Positions 59,050 to 64,000 of a DNA stretch of 64,000 nucleotides are shown in pieces (the first letter of the stretch is position 1; each line of letters starts with the position of its first letter). A program made the translations under genes and the position numbers. The notes below the pieces were generated by a model. The model searched no databases. It had not been told where the DNA came from and saw nothing but the letters and a program-made list of their open reading frames with translations. This DNA is from Patescibacteria group bacterium (GTDB taxonomy: Bacteria > Patescibacteriota > Gracilibacteria > UBA4473): positions 448,001 through 512,000 of the forward strand of contig CBFIAK010000001.1 of assembly GCA_965660445.1 (NCBI GenBank), written 5' to 3'.

Positions 59050-61014
59050 ATGAGTAAAGATTTAAAACTGGTTTCACAATACAAACCAACAGGAGATCAG
59101 CCATTTGCCATTACTAATATCACAAAAGGGGTTCAAGATGGACTTCGTGATCAGTTGCTTTTAGGAGCAACAGGAACGGGAAAAACTTTTACTATGGCGA
59201 ATATTATTCAGAATGTTCAAAAACCAACATTAATATTAGCCCATAATAAAACGTTGGCGGCACAGTTATGTGCTGAATTTCAGTCGTTTTTTCCAGATAA
59301 TGCAGTGGGCTATTTTGTGAGTTATTATGATTATTATCAACCAGAGGCATATATGCCGCGGAGCGATACATTTATTGAAAAAGAATCAACTATCAATGAC
59401 GAGATTCAAAAATTTCGTCATGCAGCGACGGTGAATTTGCTTACACGCAGAGATGTTATTATTGTTTCCTCTGTTTCGTGTATTTACGGGCTTGGAGATG
59501 TCGAAACCTATCAAGAACTGGGGTTTGGTTTGCAAGCAGGAAAAGAGTATGTGCGGAATGATTTATTACGAAAACTCGTTAGTATTCAATATGAACGAAC
59601 GCGATCTGATTTAGTGCGGGGGACTTTTGAGGTTATGGGTGATGTTGTTACTATTTTTCCGCCACATGGCGACATTGGATATCAATTGGAGTTTTGGGGT
59701 GATTTGCTCGATTCTATTAAGGAAATAGATGCTTTTACGGGTGAAGTGTTTGAAGAAAAAGAAACCATATTTTTGTTTCCTGCAAAACATCAAGTCACAA
59801 CGCCCGAACGGATAGAAAAAGCTATTGGACTTATAGAATCAGATTTAGAAGCTCGTATTGTAGAGTTTGAAAAACTCGGAAAAAAATTAGAAGCCCATCG
59901 TATAAAACAACGAACTCGATATGATATAGAAATGTTAAGGGAAACCGGATATGTCAATGGAATAGAGAATTATACTCGATATTTGACACATCAAAAACCC
60001 GGAGAGCCACCAGCAACTTTAATTGATTATTTTCCGAAAGATTTTTTGTGTTTTATTGATGAGTCTCATATTACGGTTCCTCAAATAGGAGGTATGTTTA
60101 ATGGGAATTTATCTCGAAAAAACACACTGGTTGAATATGGTTTTCGATTACCAAGTGCATTCGATAATAGACCATTACGGTTTAAAGAATTTGAATCAAA
60201 AATATCTCAAGTGGTGTATGTTTCTGCTACTCCCAGAGAATACGAAAGGGAATTAGCAAAAGAAGCTACGTTTGAGCAGATTATTCGACCAACGGGACTT
60301 CTTGATCCACAAATTCAGATTCAACCGAAAAAACATCAGATTGATGTTTTATTGGAAGAAGCTCAAAAAGAAATTCAGAAAGGAAATCGTGTGCTTATGA
60401 CAACCGTTACCAAAAAATCAGCAGAAGATTTATCAGAATATCTTATTGAACAGGGGATAAAGGCAAAGTATTTACATTCAGAAATTGATACACTCGAACG
60501 TATTGAAATTTTAACAGAATTGAGAAACGGAAAAATTGATATTGTTGTGGGGATTAATTTACTCAGAGAAGGACTGGATTTACCAGAGGTATCACTTATT
60601 TGTATACTTGATGCTGATAAACAAGGATTCTTGCGTTCTCGAGATGCATTATTACAGGTTATTGGACGAGCTGCACGGAATGCATCAGGAAGAGTGATTA
60701 TGTTTGCTGATACGACAACAAAAGCGATGCAAGAAGCGATTGACGAAACAAATCGTCGTCGAGTTATTCAAGAAGCGTATAATACGAAACACGGTATCAC
60801 TCCGACAACTATCATCAAAAAAATAACAGATATTTCAAAAGATTTGACTGGTGGGGTTACTCGTAATTTTGAGAAGATAACAAAACGAGATGCATTACAA
60901 AAGATGATACGAGAGTTAGAGAAAGAAATGGATTTAGCGACCAAAAATTGGGATTTTGAAAGGGCTGCTCTCTTGCGTGATGAAATACAGATTTTAGAGG
61001 GAAGAATGAAGTAG
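59050..61014 (+). CDS. uvrB: Excinuclease ABC subunit B
   Basis: PTGDQP, GATGTGKT, YYDYYQPEAY, GINLLREGLD, C-terminal UVR domain. Confidence 0.99.
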   Translation: MSKDLKLVSQYKPTGDQPFAITNITKGVQDGLRDQLLLGATGTGKTFTMANIIQNVQKPTLILAHNKTLAAQLCAEFQSFFPDNAVGYFVSYYDYYQPEAYMPRSDTFIEKESTINDEIQKFRHAATVNLLTRRDVIIVSSVSCIYGLGDVETYQELGFGLQAGKEYVRNDLLRKLVSIQYERTRSDLVRGTFEVMGDVVTIFPPHGDIGYQLEFWGDLLDSIKEIDAFTGEVFEEKETIFLFPAKHQVTTPERIEKAIGLIESDLEARIVEFEKLGKKLEAHRIKQRTRYDIEMLRETGYVNGIENYTRYLTHQKPGEPPATLIDYFPKDFLCFIDESHITVPQIGGMFNGNLSRKNTLVEYGFRLPSAFDNRPLRFKEFESKISQVVYVSATPREYERELAKEATFEQIIRPTGLLDPQIQIQPKKHQIDVLLEEAQKEIQKGNRVLMTTVTKKSAEDLSEYLIEQGIKAKYLHSEIDTLERIEILTELRNGKIDIVVGINLLREGLDLPEVSLICILDADKQGFLRSRDALLQVIGRAARNASGRVIMFADTTTKAMQEAIDETNRRRVIQEAYNTKHGITPTTIIKKITDISKDLTGGVTRNFEKITKRDALQKMIRELEKEMDLATKNWDFERAALLRDEIQILEGRMK

Positions 61015-61078
61015 AATTTGTCTTGCCAAAATGGGTACATTCCTGTAGAAAGAGAAAGCAAAATTTGACCCTTTTGGA

Positions 61079-62500
61079 ATGGATATAGAAAAAGATGCCC
61101 TATGGGAGGCGGTGCTTGTGCGTATGAGTGAAAAAATATCACGCATGGAGTTTTTTACGTGGTTTCAGAAAGTGATTGTGCGAGAAGTTTCGGGGCGTGC
61201 CGTCTTGGTTTCTTGTCCAACGGAGATGAATAAGAATTGGCTTGAAAATAAGTACTACACAGTGCTTTTAAGTAATGTAAAAGCTGTCTGTCCTGAAATT
61301 GAGTCTTTATATTTTGATGTCGATTTATCGTTAGCCGATAAAGAGGCCTTGTATCCTCATATTTTCTTAAAGAAAGACAAACTTCCTCGAAAACTGCCCA
61401 ATAGACCCGATATTCGTATTGATGAAGGTTTAGAGTCTCGTATTACTCAGCAAAAATTTACGTTAAAAAACTTTATTGTCGGGCCTGAAAATCAATTTGC
61501 TCATGCTGCCTGTATTGCTGTTGCACAAACACCAGTCAATGAACCAAAAAAATATAACCCATTATTTATTTATAGTGGGGTTGGGCTTGGAAAAACGCAT
61601 TTATTACAAGGGACAGCAAATGAAATAAAACACCGTAATTCAAACGCACGTGTTATTTATAATACTGCCGAACGGTTTATGAATGAGATTATTAAGTCGA
61701 TACGAGAAAAAAAGACAGATGAGTTACGAAAACGGTATCGCTCAGTTGATGTTTTGATTCTTGATGATGTTCAATTCTTTGAAGGAAAAGAACGAACACA
61801 AGAAGAACTCTTTAATACGTTTAATGATTTGTTTGAGTTTCAAAAACAGATTATTTTTGCTTCTGATAGACCTCCTTCTGAACTGCTTGGTATTTCTGAT
61901 CGATTGCGTTCTCGTATGGGCTGGGGATTATCGGCAGATATTCAGACTCCAAACTATGAAACTCGACTGGCGATTATTCAAGAGAAATCAAAAGAAATGA
62001 GTTTATTTTTGCCGCCTGATGTACAAGAATTTATTGCTGCCAATATTCGAAGTAATTTAAGAGAACTCGAAAATATTCTCAACCAAATTCGTGCAGAGAT
62101 AGATCTGGGAGAAGTTTCGCCAACCGTTCAATCTGTTGGAAAAATATTTCGAAAAATACATCCGAATGAGAATTTTATTGCGTCTCGTGATGCAGAAAAA
62201 ATGGGAATTGTTAAGAATCCTGATGATATCATAACCGCTATTAGTGACTATTTTCAGATTCCAGCAACAGAAATACTTGGGATAAGTCGAAAAAAAGAGA
62301 CTGTTTTTGCACGACAAGTTTGTTGGATGTTGTGTAAAGACATATTGCGTATGAGCTATGAAGCCATTGGTAATGATTTTGGAGGTAAAAACCATACAAC
62401 TATTATGCATGGCATTCGAAAAATACAAGACTTAAGCCGAAGAGACTCTGCTACGGCTCGTCATATTCACGCACTAAAAAAAGATCTCGGTGTGAAATAG
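61079..62500 (+). CDS. dnaA: Chromosomal replication initiator DnaA
   Basis: YNPLFIYSGVGLGKTHLL, LILDDVQF, SDRPP, GGKNHTTIMHG. Confidence 0.95.
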   Translation: MDIEKDALWEAVLVRMSEKISRMEFFTWFQKVIVREVSGRAVLVSCPTEMNKNWLENKYYTVLLSNVKAVCPEIESLYFDVDLSLADKEALYPHIFLKKDKLPRKLPNRPDIRIDEGLESRITQQKFTLKNFIVGPENQFAHAACIAVAQTPVNEPKKYNPLFIYSGVGLGKTHLLQGTANEIKHRNSNARVIYNTAERFMNEIIKSIREKKTDELRKRYRSVDVLILDDVQFFEGKERTQEELFNTFNDLFEFQKQIIFASDRPPSELLGISDRLRSRMGWGLSADIQTPNYETRLAIIQEKSKEMSLFLPPDVQEFIAANIRSNLRELENILNQIRAEIDLGEVSPTVQSVGKIFRKIHPNENFIASRDAEKMGIVKNPDDIITAISDYFQIPATEILGISRKKETVFARQVCWMLCKDILRMSYEAIGNDFGGKNHTTIMHGIRKIQDLSRRDSATARHIHALKKDLGVK

Positions 62501-62543
62501 GATTAATTTATATTGTATAATATTTGTATACAAAACAAAGAGT

Positions 62544-62906
62544 CTATGAGATTGATTTTTGGATGTCGTCAATCAGTGATTGAGCTTTTTTTGAGAGACT
62601 TTCGAGTGATTTCTTCGTCTGTTTTTGGGTATCGGCTGTCATATTTTTTAACTGTTCGTGAATAGTTTGTAACTGAGATTGACTTGATTGAATAAGATGA
62701 TCGAGTTCGTCTGAGTTTTGTGCCCATGTTTTAATGGTATTAATCGCTTCCATATCAACTGCTTTGAGTTCTTGGTAGAGCATATTGTATGGTTTTTCAG
62801 ATTTTTTAAGTTCGGATCGTAGTTTTTTCCCTGGTTTTTGAGCAAAAAGAACGCCATATACAGCACCAAGGGAAAGAACGAAGAGAAAACGAAGAAAAGA
62901 TTTCAT
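62544..62906 (-). CDS. YtxH-domain protein
   Basis: GAVYGVLFAQKPGKKLR followed by a coiled coil. Confidence 0.75.
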   Translation of the reverse strand: MKSFLRFLFVLSLGAVYGVLFAQKPGKKLRSELKKSEKPYNMLYQELKAVDMEAINTIKTWAQNSDELDHLIQSSQSQLQTIHEQLKNMTADTQKQTKKSLESLSKKAQSLIDDIQKSIS

Positions 62907-63035
62907 AGGAAACGAAAGAATAAAAAATAAAACCATTACTATTGTACCAAAAAAAAGGGTCTCTGTAAATCAAAGAATGGGAAGAAACAGGAAAATAAAT
63001 TGACACGAGTGCTTTTTCTGTTATATCTTGTATTT

Positions 63036-64000
63036 ATGCCAAAATATTTTAAGTCGCCGATTGGAACGCTTGATTTTCTTCCAGACGACTATGAATATTT
63101 CTCGTTTATAGAAGAAATTGTTCAGAAAAAATTCCATAAATGTGGATATCATCGTATTTCTACGCCTGCCTTTGAAGATTTAGAGTGTTTTGAACGGAGT
63201 TTTGGGGCGACTTCTAAAATTATACAAAAAGAGTTATATACTTTCGAAGATAAATTAGGTCGAACTTTAGCGTTGCGTCCAGATGTCACAACGGGAATTG
63301 TTCGATCTTTTATTGAAAATAAGTTGTATGAAGAAAATTTACCATTAGAAGTGTATTATATAGAAAACTGTTTTCGATTTGAGCGCGTGAAATCAACGAC
63401 TCAGCGTTCGTTTCGACAATTAGGAGCGGAAGTGCTAGGAGATACCGATCCAGCTATTGATGCTCAGTTGGTACTTTTGGCATCACAATTATTATCACAA
63501 TTGAAAGTTGGGAAGCTGTGTGAATTGCGTATTAATAATATTGGAACACCCGAGGATCGACAGAAATTTTTTGAAGCTTTAGAGAATTTCTATAAAGGAA
63601 AAGAACGAAGTTTGTCAGTGGAAGCCCGAGAACGGCTCCATCAAGGAAACTTATTAGAATTGCTGAAACCTCGAACTGAAGACGAACATATTTTAGCTGA
63701 AATGGCACCAAAAGTAACTGATTTTTTATCAAAGAAGTCGAGGAAGTTTTTTGAAGAAACATTAGCCTATTTAGATACACTTGAAATTCCTTATACCGTT
63801 GATACGAAACTATTTCGTCCGTTTCGATATTATTCGTATACGGTGTTTGAGTTTTTCGAAAAAAACACCCTCAATAAGGTATTAGCCGGTGGTCGATATG
63901 ATGGGTTACTCACAACTATGGGGTGTCCATTAGATCTTGGTGGGGCTGGTTTTTCTGCAGGAGTGGAACGTGTGATTGAACTCATGCATCGACACGATAT
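63036..64000 (+). CDS. hisS: Histidine--tRNA ligase or divergent HisS/HisZ-like paralogue, partial
   Basis: Manual translation: PIGTLDFLP, TPAFE, LALRPDVT, FRFER, QLGAEVLG, AGGRYDGL, GFSAGVER. Confidence 0.8.
   Translation, partial: MPKYFKSPIGTLDFLPDDYEYFSFIEEIVQKKFHKCGYHRISTPAFEDLECFERSFGATSKIIQKELYTFEDKLGRTLALRPDVTTGIVRSFIENKLYEENLPLEVYYIENCFRFERVKSTTQRSFRQLGAEVLGDTDPAIDAQLVLLASQLLSQLKVGKLCELRINNIGTPEDRQKFFEALENFYKGKERSLSVEARERLHQGNLLELLKPRTEDEHILAEMAPKVTDFLSKKSRKFFEETLAYLDTLEIPYTVDTKLFRPFRYYSYTVFEFFEKNTLNKVLAGGRYDGLLTTMGCPLDLGGAGFSAGVERVIELMHRHD

Overview
AT-rich bacterial chromosomal segment in the standard genetic code, with no rRNA, CRISPR array, integrase or transposase. It is most consistent with Patescibacteria/CPR of the Peregrinibacteria-like Gracilibacteria group (inference from SLH+Kazal and SLH+CAP surface proteins, PrgI-type genes, a DegT+FemAB pair and many short orphan ORFs). 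Housekeeping genes are scattered: groES/groEL with a CIRCE element, rsmF-like, rlmD, radA, lysS, recF, idi, nrdA and ATP-cone-fused nrdB with NrdR boxes, nth, ppa, trmD, uvrB, dnaA and a divergent partial hisS. Five tRNAs are present (Ser-GCT, Lys-CTT, Thr-GGT, Glu-CTC, Pro-TGG). The most unusual features lie at tRNA 3' flanks: (1) a four-copy degenerate repeat with a covarying hairpin after tRNA-Thr; (2) a duplicated tRNA-Glu 3' end, an inverted-repeat element and heptamer repeats; (3) a four-helix-bundle gene bracketed by 24-bp palindromic direct repeats after tRNA-Pro. Also notable are widespread leaderless-type promoters, two orphan genes sharing a duplicated promoter/boxA-like leader, several Bacteroidota-like genes, and a short helix motif shared by six accessory proteins that might be an export signal. 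All product calls come from motif recognition; no database searches were run.
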